57,951 nucleotides of DNA from Acidobacteriota bacterium (lineage in GTDB: Bacteria; Acidobacteriota; Aminicenantia; UBA2199): NCBI GenBank assembly GCA_022711715.1, contig JAKLEC010000004.1:1-57951 (forward strand), given 5' to 3'. Position numbers and translations under genes: made by a program. Shown piece by piece: positions 9,610-18,470 of this stretch. Under the pieces are notes generated by a model. That model was not told where the DNA came from, did no database searches, and was given only the letters and a program-made list of their open reading frames with translations. Position 1 is the first letter of the stretch. Every line of letters starts with the position of its first letter.

Positions 9610-11115
9610 ATGACACGCAAGATCATGAGGACCGCCATGGTCCTGACGGCCCTGCTGGCGTTCGCCGCCGGCGGGGTCCTGGCCGCCCAGGGCATGGAAA
9701 AGATGAAGGCCCAGGTCCATGAGAAGACGCTGGCCAACGGCATGAAGTTCATCGTCATGGAGCAGCACGAGGCGCCGGTGGCCTCGTTCCACGTCTATGC
9801 CGACGTGGGCAGCGCCCAGGAATCGTACGGCATCACCGGCATCTCGCATATCCTGGAGCACATGGCCTTCAAGGGCACGACCTCCGTGGGCACCAAGGAC
9901 TATGCCGCCGAGTCCAAGGTGCTGGACGAGCTGGATCGCGTCTACGGGGAGCTGGCCCGCGAGCGGTCGCGCCTCAAGCCCGACGATAAGCGCGTGAACG
10001 AGCTGAAAGCCCGCTTTGAGGAGCTGCAGAGGCAGGCCAAGGAGTTTGTCGTCAACAACGAGTACTTCGATATGGTCATGCAACAGGGCGACACCGGAGT
10101 CAACGCCTATACCAACTACGACGCTACGCAGTACATTAACAGCCTGCCGGCCAACAAGCTCGAGTTCTGGATGGCCGTCGCCTCCGACCGCTTCCTGAAC
10201 CCGGTCTTCCGCGAGTTCTACAAGGAGCGCGACGTGATCATGGAGGAGCGGCGCCTGGGGGTGGAGACGCAGCCCATCGGCAAGCTGATCGAGGACTTCA
10301 TGGCCACGGCCTACAAGGCGCATCCCTACCACCATTATGTCGTCGGCCACATGTCCGACCTGCAGCGCATCACCCACCAGGACGTGAAGGACTATTTCCG
10401 CAAGTACTACTCGCCCAGCAACCTTACGGCGGCCATCGTCGGCGATGTCGACCCGGTTGAGGTCTTCCGCCTGGCCGAGCTCTATTTCGGGCGCATCCCC
10501 AGCGGCCCGCGCCCCGAGCCGCTGCGCACGGTCGAGCCCGAGCAGTGGGGCGAGCGCCGGGTCGCGGTCACGGCCCAGTCGCAGCCGGTGCTGCTGGTGG
10601 GCTATCACAAGCCCGATTCCCGCCACGCCGACAACGGTGCCCTGGACGCTCTGGCCAACATCATCGGCCAGGGCCGCTCCTCGCGGCTGTGGGAGACGCT
10701 GGTGAAGAAGGAGAAGGCGGCCGCCCAGGTGGCCTGCATGAACAACTTCCCCGGTGACAAGTATCCCAACCTGATCGCCTTCTTCTCCATGCCCAGCAAG
10801 GACAAGACCGCCGCCCAGTCGCTGGAGCTGATCGACCGCGAGATCGAGAAGGTCAAGAAGGACGGCGTCACGCCGCAGGAGCTGGCCAAGTACAAACAGA
10901 TGACCAAGAAGGCCCTGATCGGCCAGATGAAGTCCAACGCCCGCCTGGCGGCGCTGCTGACCCGCTACGACGTGGTGGAGGGTGACTGGCGGCTGCTGTT
11001 CGACGAGCTCGCCGCCATCGAGCGCATCACCGCCGCCGACGTGCAGCGTGTGGCCGGCACCTACCTGGTCGCCCGCAACCGCACCATCGGCGAGATCGTG
11101 CCCGAAACAAAGTAA
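9610..11115 (+). CDS. M16 (pitrilysin) family zinc peptidase, catalytic subunit type
   Basis: HxxEH zinc motif HILEHMAFKGT and a signal-like N-terminus MTRKIMRTAMVLTALLAFAAGGVLA. The ATG at 9610 follows aaggagagg. The ORF-track start at 9520 is probably too early. Confidence 0.85.
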   Translation: MTRKIMRTAMVLTALLAFAAGGVLAAQGMEKMKAQVHEKTLANGMKFIVMEQHEAPVASFHVYADVGSAQESYGITGISHILEHMAFKGTTSVGTKDYAAESKVLDELDRVYGELARERSRLKPDDKRVNELKARFEELQRQAKEFVVNNEYFDMVMQQGDTGVNAYTNYDATQYINSLPANKLEFWMAVASDRFLNPVFREFYKERDVIMEERRLGVETQPIGKLIEDFMATAYKAHPYHHYVVGHMSDLQRITHQDVKDYFRKYYSPSNLTAAIVGDVDPVEVFRLAELYFGRIPSGPRPEPLRTVEPEQWGERRVAVTAQSQPVLLVGYHKPDSRHADNGALDALANIIGQGRSSRLWETLVKKEKAAAQVACMNNFPGDKYPNLIAFFSMPSKDKTAAQSLELIDREIEKVKKDGVTPQELAKYKQMTKKALIGQMKSNARLAALLTRYDVVEGDWRLLFDELAAIERITAADVQRVAGTYLVARNRTIGEIVPETK

Positions 11116-11127
11116 AGGAAGGACCCC

Positions 11128-13242
11128 ATGAAAAAGAAGATCACGGTATCGTGGATCTGCGCCGCCGTCGCGCTGGCGCTGCTTGCTTCGCCGCTGGCGG
11201 CGCAGAAGAACCCCAAGGACAAGTTCGACTTTCCCAAGCTGGGGGCGCTGCGCACCCCGCCGGTGCTGCAGAAGACGATGAAGAACGGCATCCGCCTGTT
11301 CCTCATCGAGGACCACCGTTTTCCCACCATTGACCTGCGCGGCATGTTCTTCGCCTCCTCGGCCTTCGAGCCCGCGTCCAAGGCCGGCTTGGCCGGACTC
11401 ACCGGCACGGTGCTGCGCACCGGCGGTGCCGGGGCGCTGAGCGGCGACGAGATCGACCGCCGGCTGGAGACCATGGCCGCCGACATCGAGACCGGCATTG
11501 ACAGCGAGAGCGCCTCGGTCTACGTTTCCATGCTCAGGGAGAGCCTGGACAAGGTATTGCCGATCTTCGCCGACGTCCTGCGCCGGCCGCGCTTCGAGGC
11601 GGAGAAGATCGATCTGGCCAAGATCGAGGCGCGCAGCGCCATCTCGCGGCGCAACGACGACGTCGGTCAGATCGCCGAGCGCGAGTTCATCAAGCTGATC
11701 TACGGGGCCGACAGCCCCTATGCCCGCCAAAATGAGTACGCCACCATCGACGCCGTCGGCCGCGACGACATGCTCGCCTTCTACCGCGAGTACTTCCACC
11801 CCGACAACCTGTGGCTCGCCGTCTGGGGCGACTTCGACAGCCGGCAGATGGCGCGCAAGCTCGAGGCGGTCCTCGGCGACTGGCCGGCCTCCGGCCGCAA
11901 GCTGCCTTCCCTGCCCGAGGTGAGCTACGACTATCCGCGCACGGTCAACCTGGTCGAAAAGGGGGACGTCAACCAGTCGAACATCGCCGTCGGCCATATC
12001 GGCGGACTGCTGAGCGATCCCGACTACGCGGCGCTCTCGGTGATGAACCGCATCCTCTCCTTCGACCGCATGTTCAAGAGGATCCGCACCGACGAGGGGC
12101 TGGCCTACTCGGTATGGGGCTACTACGGTGCCGGCTACAAGGTTCCGGGAGCGTTTTCCGCCGGCGCCCAGACCAAGTCGGAGTCGACGGTCAAGGCCAT
12201 CACGATCATGCTGGAGGAGATGAAGCGCCTCCGCGAGCAGGAGGTCAGCGACGAGGAGCTGCGGCGCGCCAAGGACCAGTTCCTCAACTCCTACGTCTTC
12301 CAGTTCGACAGCCGCGCCAAGATCATCCGCCGCCTGCTCACCAACGCCTACTACGGCTACCCGCTCGACTTCAATGAGCAGCTGATCCGCCGCATCGAGA
12401 CGGTGACCAAGGCCGACGTGCTGGCGGCGGCGCAAAAACACCTGCGCCCCGACCAGGTGCAGGTGCTGGTGGTGGGCAAGAGCGCCGACTTCGATCAGCC
12501 GCTGAGCACGCTGGGAAAGGTGAACCTCATCGACATCGCCATCCCGCTGCCGGCCGGCGAGAAGGGGCCCGAGGCCACCGCCGAGTCGCTGGCCCAGGGA
12601 CAGGAGCTCTTCGCCAAGGCCGTCGCCGCCATGGGCGACCCGGCCAAGGTCATGGCCGTGCGCGGCATGCGCATGGAAGGCGACCTGCTGCAGAGCACGC
12701 CGATGGGCGAGATGACCCTGGCCGCCGAGGTCGTCACCGCCTATCCCGACAAGGTGCGCTTCGCCCTCGACACCCCCGGCGGCAGGATGAACATGATCGT
12801 CAACGGCGCCAAGGGGATCATCCGCATGCCCCAGGGCTCCATGCCCCTGCCCGAGGCCGAGCGCAAGAACATCCTGGACAACTTCCTGCGCGAACCGTTC
12901 TATGTATGGCAGAACGCCGGCCAGTACAAGATCCAGGCGCTGGGGCGCCTGCCCTTTGCCGGCCAGGAGGCGCTTGCCCTGGCCATCTCCGGAAGGGGAG
13001 TGGAGTTCCGCCTGTTCCTGGACCCGCAGACGATGCTGCCCCTGGGCAATTCCTATTCGTCGGTGACCCAGGAGGGGCCGGCAACGGTCGAGGAACGCCT
13101 TTCCGACTACCGCGACGTGGACGGCGTCAAGGTCCCGTTCAAGACCGAGTCCTGGGCCAACGGCAAAAAGGTCTCCGCCCAGACCGTCAAGACGCTGCAA
13201 CTGAATCCCGAGGCCAAGGAAGAGCTGTTCAAGGTCGAGTAG
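11128..13242 (+). CDS. M16 family peptidase-like protein lacking HxxEH (non-catalytic partner) with a ~230-aa C-terminal extension
   Basis: Signal peptide MKKKITVSWICAAVALALLASPLAA. M16 fold-like N-half with GLAGLTGTVL in place of HxxEH. The extra C-terminal domain (residues ~470-704) looks possibly LolA-like, unverified. Confidence 0.75.
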   Translation: MKKKITVSWICAAVALALLASPLAAQKNPKDKFDFPKLGALRTPPVLQKTMKNGIRLFLIEDHRFPTIDLRGMFFASSAFEPASKAGLAGLTGTVLRTGGAGALSGDEIDRRLETMAADIETGIDSESASVYVSMLRESLDKVLPIFADVLRRPRFEAEKIDLAKIEARSAISRRNDDVGQIAEREFIKLIYGADSPYARQNEYATIDAVGRDDMLAFYREYFHPDNLWLAVWGDFDSRQMARKLEAVLGDWPASGRKLPSLPEVSYDYPRTVNLVEKGDVNQSNIAVGHIGGLLSDPDYAALSVMNRILSFDRMFKRIRTDEGLAYSVWGYYGAGYKVPGAFSAGAQTKSESTVKAITIMLEEMKRLREQEVSDEELRRAKDQFLNSYVFQFDSRAKIIRRLLTNAYYGYPLDFNEQLIRRIETVTKADVLAAAQKHLRPDQVQVLVVGKSADFDQPLSTLGKVNLIDIAIPLPAGEKGPEATAESLAQGQELFAKAVAAMGDPAKVMAVRGMRMEGDLLQSTPMGEMTLAAEVVTAYPDKVRFALDTPGGRMNMIVNGAKGIIRMPQGSMPLPEAERKNILDNFLREPFYVWQNAGQYKIQALGRLPFAGQEALALAISGRGVEFRLFLDPQTMLPLGNSYSSVTQEGPATVEERLSDYRDVDGVKVPFKTESWANGKKVSAQTVKTLQLNPEAKEELFKVE

Positions 13243-13258
13243 TTCCCGGTCTTTCGGC

Positions 13259-13295
13259 GGCGGGGCGCCCTCAGGCGCCCCGCCTTTTTTATTTT
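13259..13295 (+). terminator. Rho-independent terminator after the M16 pair
   Basis: Perfect 11-bp stem ggcggggcgcc / ggcgccccgcc with a 4-nt loop, followed by ttttttatttt. Confidence 0.8.
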
Positions 13296-13398
13296 CCTCA
13301 CGCAGGTTCGTACATGGGTTTGGCTGTGTATGGACAAGTATAAAGCCAACAGGACGAGGGATGGGATGAAATTCCAGTTTCCGAACAAGCTGAGGCAA

Positions 13399-13471
13399 GT
13401 GTCAGTGTGAGTGTCAGTGTCAGCAAATCCAAACGGAAATGATGCTAGATTCTTGCTGTCACTGTCACTGC
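13399..13471. repeat. GTGWCA hexamer module pair (13399..13424 and 13455..13471)
   Basis: gtgtcagtgtgagtgtcagtgtcagc, 30 nt, then gctgtcactgtcactgc. The hexamer is quasi-palindromic, so the two tracts can pair with about one mismatch per repeat. Confidence 0.7.
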
Positions 13472-13652
13472 GCTTCGTTTGGGTCATTTGGACATTGGTG
13501 TTTTAGTCTTACCAGGTCGTACGCTTTATGAGTGAAATTATCTGCGAATTTGTGAAAGAATCATTTTCAGCTCCTGCCTTGCGCGCGCTTGCCGGCCGCG
13601 GTAAGATGGGATCCATCCGGGCGCTCCGGGCGGCCGGCAGCGAGGTGAACGC

Positions 13653-14177
13653 ATGAACAGCACGTCGGTCAAGCTATACCGCCTGCGCGGGATCTTCGTC
13701 GCCTATTATGTCCTGAAGTCGGTCGCCGGGGCGATCGTGGCCTGGGGCGTCTTCCGCCAGCTGGCCGACAATTACCGCGCCGAGATGAGGCCCTGGACAC
13801 CCGGCGCCCTGAGATCCTTCAGCCTGGCGATCACCGTGCTGGTCCTGGTCCTGGCCTGGCTGGTCTTCGGCCAGCTGCTGCGGCGCCGGAACTGGGCGCG
13901 GCTGCTGCTGCTGGTCCTGGGCTGGCTGGCCGTGCTCAGCGCCGTCTTCAGCCTGCTGACGGCGAGCCAGCTCACCGAGATGAGCGGCTGGCTGGCGCGC
14001 CTCGTTCCCGGTATCGACCTCGACTGGGAGAGGCTGCTGCGCTTCGACCGCGTCCAGAAGGTCTTCGAGCTCCTGTTCTGGGGCTACCTGATCGCGGTGC
14101 TGCAGTTCGACCGGGCGGTGCGCGCCGAGTTCCAGCCCGGCGCTCCGTCCGCCGACGCGCCCGGAGAGCCGAAATGA
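13653..14177 (+). CDS. Hypothetical integral membrane protein (about 4 TM)
   Basis: 174-aa ORF with hydrophobic segments. Its stop overlaps the pirin start (ATGA at 14174..14177). Confidence 0.55.
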   Translation: MNSTSVKLYRLRGIFVAYYVLKSVAGAIVAWGVFRQLADNYRAEMRPWTPGALRSFSLAITVLVLVLAWLVFGQLLRRRNWARLLLLVLGWLAVLSAVFSLLTASQLTEMSGWLARLVPGIDLDWERLLRFDRVQKVFELLFWGYLIAVLQFDRAVRAEFQPGAPSADAPGEPK

Positions 14178-15043
14178 GCGCCGTCCGTGCCGTCCGCGAG
14201 CTGCGCCGCGGCGTCGCCACCCTGGAGGGGGCGGGAGTCCGTCTGCGGCGGCTGTTCGGGTTCGAGAAAGTGCCGGGGCTCGATCCCTTCCTCCTGCTCG
14301 ACGATTTCAGCTCGGACGAGGCGGACGATTACCTGGCCGGCTTCCCCTGGCACCCCCACCGCGGCATCGAGACCATCACCTACGTGCTGCGGGGCGAGAT
14401 CGAGCATGGAGACAGCCTGGGCAACGCCGGCGTGATCGGACCCGGCGACGTGCAGTGGATGACCGCCGGCTCGGGCATCGTCCACCAGGAGATGCCGCGC
14501 GAGGGCCGGCTGCCGGGGCTGCAGGGGTTCCAGCTGTGGGCCAACCTGCCGGCGGCCGAGAAGATGATGCCTCCGCGCTACCGCGGCGTCGCCGCCCGGG
14601 ACATTCCGCTGCTGACGCTGCCGGGCGGGGCCAAGGTGCGGATCGTCTGCGGCCGGGTCGGGAACGTCGAGGGACCGGTGCGCGGCATCCGCATCGATCC
14701 CGAGTATCTCGACGTCGAGCTGCCGGCAGGCGCCGCCTTCCGCCGCGAACTGCCCGCCGCTCATGCGGCCTTCGCCTATGTGTTCGCCGGCTCCGGCCGC
14801 TTCGCCGATCCCGCCTCGCGGCAGGCGACCGCCGGCACCCTGGCGGTCTTCGGCGACGGGGACGCCGTCGAGGCCGTCGCCGGCTCCGGGGGCCTGCGCT
14901 TCCTGCTGGTCTCGGGGCGGCCGCTGCGCGAGCCGGTGGCCTGGCGCGGGCCGATCGTCATGAACACCCAGGAGGAACTGCGCCGCGCCTTCGCCGAGTA
15001 CGAGGCCGGGACCTTCCTGAAGCACAGGGCCGTCATGGGTTGA
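14174..15043 (+). CDS. Pirin family protein
   Basis: Cupin/pirin motifs GFPWHPHRGIETITYVLRGEIEHGDS and VQWMTAGSGIVHQEMP. Confidence 0.9.
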   Translation: MSAVRAVRELRRGVATLEGAGVRLRRLFGFEKVPGLDPFLLLDDFSSDEADDYLAGFPWHPHRGIETITYVLRGEIEHGDSLGNAGVIGPGDVQWMTAGSGIVHQEMPREGRLPGLQGFQLWANLPAAEKMMPPRYRGVAARDIPLLTLPGGAKVRIVCGRVGNVEGPVRGIRIDPEYLDVELPAGAAFRRELPAAHAAFAYVFAGSGRFADPASRQATAGTLAVFGDGDAVEAVAGSGGLRFLLVSGRPLREPVAWRGPIVMNTQEELRRAFAEYEAGTFLKHRAVMG

Positions 15044-15073
15044 GGAGCCCGAAGGGCGCGCCGGGAGGAGGAG

Positions 15074-15346
15074 ATGAGGGAGACGCTGCGGGAACTGATC
15101 GGCCGGGAGATCGTCGTCGACACCCGCTCGCACTGGATGTACATCGGCCGCCTGGAGGCGGTGCGCGACGACTCGCTGCAGCTGGCCGAGGCCGACGTAC
15201 ACGACGGGACCGAGGGCAGCCTGCCCAAGGAGCGCTACGTCCTGTCCTCCTGCGAGACCGGGATCAAGGCCAACCGCCGCTCGGTCTACGTCAACCTGGA
15301 GTACGTGGTCAGCGTGTCGCCCCTGGACGAGGTCATCCGCTACTGA
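15074..15346 (+). CDS. Hypothetical small protein (90 aa)
   Basis: ORF with coding-like composition between pirin and the GIY-YIG gene. No recognisable motif. Confidence 0.45.
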   Translation: MRETLRELIGREIVVDTRSHWMYIGRLEAVRDDSLQLAEADVHDGTEGSLPKERYVLSSCETGIKANRRSVYVNLEYVVSVSPLDEVIRY

Positions 15347-15352
15347 CGCGCG

Positions 15353-15634
15353 ATGCCCTGGTTCCTGTACCTGCTCCGTTGCGGCGACGGCTCGCTTTAC
15401 ACGGGAATCTCCAACGACGTGGCGCGCCGCCTGGCCGCCCATCGCGCCGGCCGCGGGGCGCGATACCTGCGGGGCCGGGGGCCGCTGACCCTGGTGCGCC
15501 GCATCCGCGTCGGCAGCCGCAGCGACGCCCTGCGGGCCGAGCACCGGGTCAAGAGCCTGAAGAAAGAGCGCAAGGAAAAGCTGGCCCTGGGCAAGGTCAG
15601 GCTGAAGGATATTCTGAATAACGATCTATCGTGA
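15353..15634 (+). CDS. GIY-YIG nuclease family protein (UPF0213-like)
   Basis: MPWFLYLLRCGDGSLYTGISNDVARRLAAHRAGRGARYL is the GIY-YIG signature. The stop codon lies inside the ATCGTGACG start of a repeat arm. Confidence 0.85.
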   Translation: MPWFLYLLRCGDGSLYTGISNDVARRLAAHRAGRGARYLRGRGPLTLVRRIRVGSRSDALRAEHRVKSLKKERKEKLALGKVRLKDILNNDLS

Positions 15635-15721
15635 CGCGTAACGCGTAACGCGTGACGCGAAGCAGCAAAGGATCGAGCGATTGCGGTTTCTCGTCACTCG
15701 TCACGCGTCACTCGTCACGAT
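15628..15721. repeat. Inverted pair of the GTCACGC/GTTACGC heptamer module, forming a long hairpin between convergent genes
   Basis: The left arm atcgtgacgcgtaacgcgtaacgcgtgacgcg (15628..15659) and the reverse complement of the right arm ctcgtcactcgtcacgcgtcactcgtcacgat (15690..15721) match at about 27 of 32 positions. The loop is about 30 nt. Confidence 0.85.
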
Positions 15722-15736
15722 GGTTCGTGTGAGTCC

Positions 15737-16231
15737 CTAGCCGCCCGACGTCTGCGGGAAGGCCGTGTTGGAATACAGGTACTCGACCTTCTCCTTGTGC
15801 TTCAGCTCCTGGTTGGCCATGGCCAGCAGCATGTCCTTCACTTCGCCGGCGGGCTGCGCCTCGGCCAGGCCGGAATAGAACTTGTAGGAGTTCCACTCGC
15901 GGTGGGCGGCGACCAGGTAGACCTCGCTGCTGTTCATGTTCTTCTTGGGGTCGGGCTTGGCGGCGTACTCCGCGACGTGGTAGTCGATCGGCGTCTCCAT
16001 GCCCAGGGCGGTGAACTTCTTCTCGCCCTTCAGGTAGGCCTCCAGGAACTCCTTGTGGGCCTTTTCCTCGCCGGCCAGAAACAGCAGCGTTTCCCTGGCC
16101 AGCTTGTCCTCGACCCGGTCGTGCAGGCCGAGGTAGAAAGTGCGGGCCTCCTCCTCGTTCTTGATGGCGAGCCCGATCAGGCTGCGCAGGCTGTTGTCTT
16201 GCATGTCTTTCCTCCTTGCTTCCTTCTTCAA
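15737..16231 (-). CDS. Ferritin-like / rubrerythrin-family di-iron protein
   Basis: 164 aa with ExxH-type helices: AIKNEEEARTFY, LAGEEKAHKEFL, AMANQELKHKEKVEYL. Confidence 0.7.
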   Translation of the reverse strand: MKKEARRKDMQDNSLRSLIGLAIKNEEEARTFYLGLHDRVEDKLARETLLFLAGEEKAHKEFLEAYLKGEKKFTALGMETPIDYHVAEYAAKPDPKKNMNSSEVYLVAAHREWNSYKFYSGLAEAQPAGEVKDMLLAMANQELKHKEKVEYLYSNTAFPQTSGG

Positions 16232-17340
16232 AGGCTGAGTTGGGCGCTGAACATGAGCTGGCCGGTCTTCACCTTGTCGGACTGGAAATGGCGGCTTTCG
16301 AACAGGGCATACTCCAGGCCGAAACTGACGCCCGAGCCGGCGGCGAACTGGATGCCCGCCAGCAGGGCGGCGGTCTTCTTCAGCTCGCGCGCGGCCAGCT
16401 GCTCCTCGTCATGCAGGTCCTCGAAGGCATAACCCAGCCAGCCGCTCCACTTGCCCCTGGCCAGCAGCAGCTCCGACCAGAAGGAAGAGGCCTTCTTGCC
16501 GGTCAGCTCCTGGGCCGCCGGGTCGGCATGGATGGCGGCGCGGCTCATCACATAGGCCAGGTTGGCGCCGGTGGCAAACTCGCCCTTCAGCGACAGGTGC
16601 TTGCAGAGGGCCAGGCTCCAGTCGGCGCCGATGCCGGCCATGTCGACCTTGTTCTTGAAGGCGATCCCGGTCAGGGCGGCGTTCTCGCGGCCGTAGATCC
16701 CCGAAAGTCCGAGTTGGTATTTTGCGCCTGCGCCCAGCTTGAGTCCCAGGCGCGACTGCAGCACCGGCATCCGGGCCGACCAGCCGCCGGCGGTCGCCGG
16801 GTCGCTGACGGAGAGGGCCGCGCTGAAATGGGGAGCCTCATAGGCGTAGCGCACCTGGGCGTGGCGGAAGCCGAGGTTGCCGGTCTGCCATAGGTAGCCG
16901 TTGATCATCAGCGTGGTCGGCCCCAGCGGCGAGAACAGGTCCCAGGCCTGGCCGAAGAGCAGGCTGTGCCCCTTCCTGCCCAGGGTGAAATAGCCCTGGC
17001 GGAAGCGCGGCTTCATCTGGTTGGGCGTCGTGGCGTCGAAGAAGTCGAACTCCAGGACGGCGGCGAGGTTCACGCCTTTGGCCAGGGGCGTTCCGGCGTA
17101 CTTGAAGCCGAAGCGGGTGTGGGTGGCCGAGAGGTAGAGGCTGCCGTCGCCGGCCACGGCGTAGCGGGGAAAGGTCAGGCCGTTGATTCCCCCGTCCTGG
17201 CAGGCGGCGTCGAGCTTGAAGAAGCCGTAGAGGTGCAGTTTGTTCTTTTCCGTGTCGACCAGGGCGATGTCGGCGAAGGCCGGCAGGCCCGAGAGAAGGA
17301 TCGCGGTGCAGAGGAAACAAAACAGGACGGTTCGTTTCAT
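16228..17340 (-). CDS. Putative outer-membrane beta-barrel porin
   Basis: Signal peptide MKRTVLFCFLCTAILLSGLPAFA, with alternating beta-strand-like sequence throughout. Its stop overlaps the downstream rubrerythrin-like start by 4 nt. Confidence 0.6.
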   Translation of the reverse strand: MKRTVLFCFLCTAILLSGLPAFADIALVDTEKNKLHLYGFFKLDAACQDGGINGLTFPRYAVAGDGSLYLSATHTRFGFKYAGTPLAKGVNLAAVLEFDFFDATTPNQMKPRFRQGYFTLGRKGHSLLFGQAWDLFSPLGPTTLMINGYLWQTGNLGFRHAQVRYAYEAPHFSAALSVSDPATAGGWSARMPVLQSRLGLKLGAGAKYQLGLSGIYGRENAALTGIAFKNKVDMAGIGADWSLALCKHLSLKGEFATGANLAYVMSRAAIHADPAAQELTGKKASSFWSELLLARGKWSGWLGYAFEDLHDEEQLAARELKKTAALLAGIQFAAGSGVSFGLEYALFESRHFQSDKVKTGQLMFSAQLSL

Positions 17341-17405
17341 GTGGACCTCGCTAGTTTTCTGCCATTCTACCCGATTGGCCGGTTCATTTCAACGGAACCA
17401 AGCAT

Positions 17406-17718
17406 CCGTGTCCGTGACGGTGACCGTGTCAGCAAGAAACCGCTCAACGATTACTTTGTGTTAGTGTTTGTGTTAGTCAATGCCAGAGCCGACCTCTTGC
17501 TGTTGCGAATCCCGAATTACGAATCACGAATTACGATAGGCCCTTTGTTGTTTCCTTTCACGCATAACGCATAACGTATAACGATAGGTTGTTGTTTTCC
17601 GTACGCCGTACGCCGTGCGCCGAGTCCAGTTCGTCCCCGTCACTCGTTTCTTGTCACGTGTCACGATCGGTCGATCCGATGCTGTTCTCGTCACGCGTCA
17701 CGCGTTACGCGTCACGAT
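17406..17718 (+). repeat. Full seven-module mosaic repeat array (module order M1-M2-M3-M4-M5-M6-M7)
   Basis: M1 GTGWCN hexamers 17406..17433. M2 GTGTTW 17455..17476. M3 ACGAATY heptamers 17505..17537. M4 ACGCATA 17558..17585. M5 GTACGCC 17599..17622. M6 GTCAC-type 17638..17667. M7 GTCACGC/GTTACGC 17687..17718. Confidence 0.9.
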
Positions 17719-17732
17719 AGCTCGTTGCTTTT

Positions 17733-18470
17733 TCAATAATTGATCAGGATGGGCCTGGGCTTGAGCACGTGGCCGACCAGCGCCAGGCCGCTGCGGCGGA
17801 CGACGGCCAGCGCCCGCGTGGTCAGCGTGGTCTGCGACACCAGGAGCGGGACGCCGGCCTGCAGGCACTTGAGCGCCATCTCGGCCGAGACGCGGCCGGT
17901 GGTGAACAGGCCGCAGCGGCCGAAATCGATGCCGGCGGCGAGCCCCCAACCGATCACCTTGTCGACGCTGTTGCTGCGGCCGATGTCCTCGCGGCTGGCC
18001 AGGATGCGCCGGCGGTCCATGTCGGCCAGCATGGAGCAGTGGATGCCGCCGTGGCGGCGGAAGCGGGCCGCCCGGCCGGGGAGTTGCTCCATTAGGGCGA
18101 CGGCCTGCGCCAGGGTGAACGTGAAGCCGCGGCGCACGCGGGGCGGAGCGGAGTACCTCCGGGCCGGCATGGCCCCGCCCGAGGGCCCTGTCACCTGGTC
18201 GGGGTCGAAGCGCAGGCCGCCGCGGCGCAGCCGGACCAGCGCCCGGCCGCCGGCCAGGCGCAGCGAGGCCAGGTCATTGGCCGAGGCGATCAGCCCCTGG
18301 CTGAAGATCCAGCCCAGGGCCAGCTCGCGGCGGCCGAAAGGGGAGCAACTGAGGCTCGCCAGCGGCCGGCCGTCGACCACGACGGTCAACAGCGTCTCCG
18401 CCGGCAGGTCGACCAGGCCGATCTGCCGCCGTTCAGGCGTCCCTGCCCTTCCGGCTCTCAATGTAGGCAT
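17733..18470 (-). CDS. fdhD: Formate dehydrogenase accessory sulfurtransferase FdhD
   Basis: GGIHCSML..REDIGRSNSVDKVIGW..TTGRVSAEMALKCLQAGVPLLVSQTTLTTRAL. The 5' end as drawn overlaps the mobA 3' end by 38 nt, so the true start may be internal. Confidence 0.8.
   Translation of the reverse strand: MPTLRAGRAGTPERRQIGLVDLPAETLLTVVVDGRPLASLSCSPFGRRELALGWIFSQGLIASANDLASLRLAGGRALVRLRRGGLRFDPDQVTGPSGGAMPARRYSAPPRVRRGFTFTLAQAVALMEQLPGRAARFRRHGGIHCSMLADMDRRRILASREDIGRSNSVDKVIGWGLAAGIDFGRCGLFTTGRVSAEMALKCLQAGVPLLVSQTTLTTRALAVVRRSGLALVGHVLKPRPILINY

Noticed and set aside
9592-13398. 1268-aa ORF on the minus strand spanning both M16 peptidase genes
   Set aside because: It is antisense to two genes with clear peptidase motifs. 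Its translation is low-complexity and rich in Gly, Ala, Arg, Leu, Val and Asp, with no motifs. This is the typical stop-poor antisense frame of GC-rich DNA.
17406-17718. CRISPR array interpretation of the periodic ~47-bp arrays (also 22410..22713, 24263..24540 and 56047..56293)
   Set aside because: There is no identical direct repeat alternating with unique spacers. The variable parts are themselves tandem heptamers that recur at other loci, the linkers are only semi-conserved, and there are no cas genes in the window.
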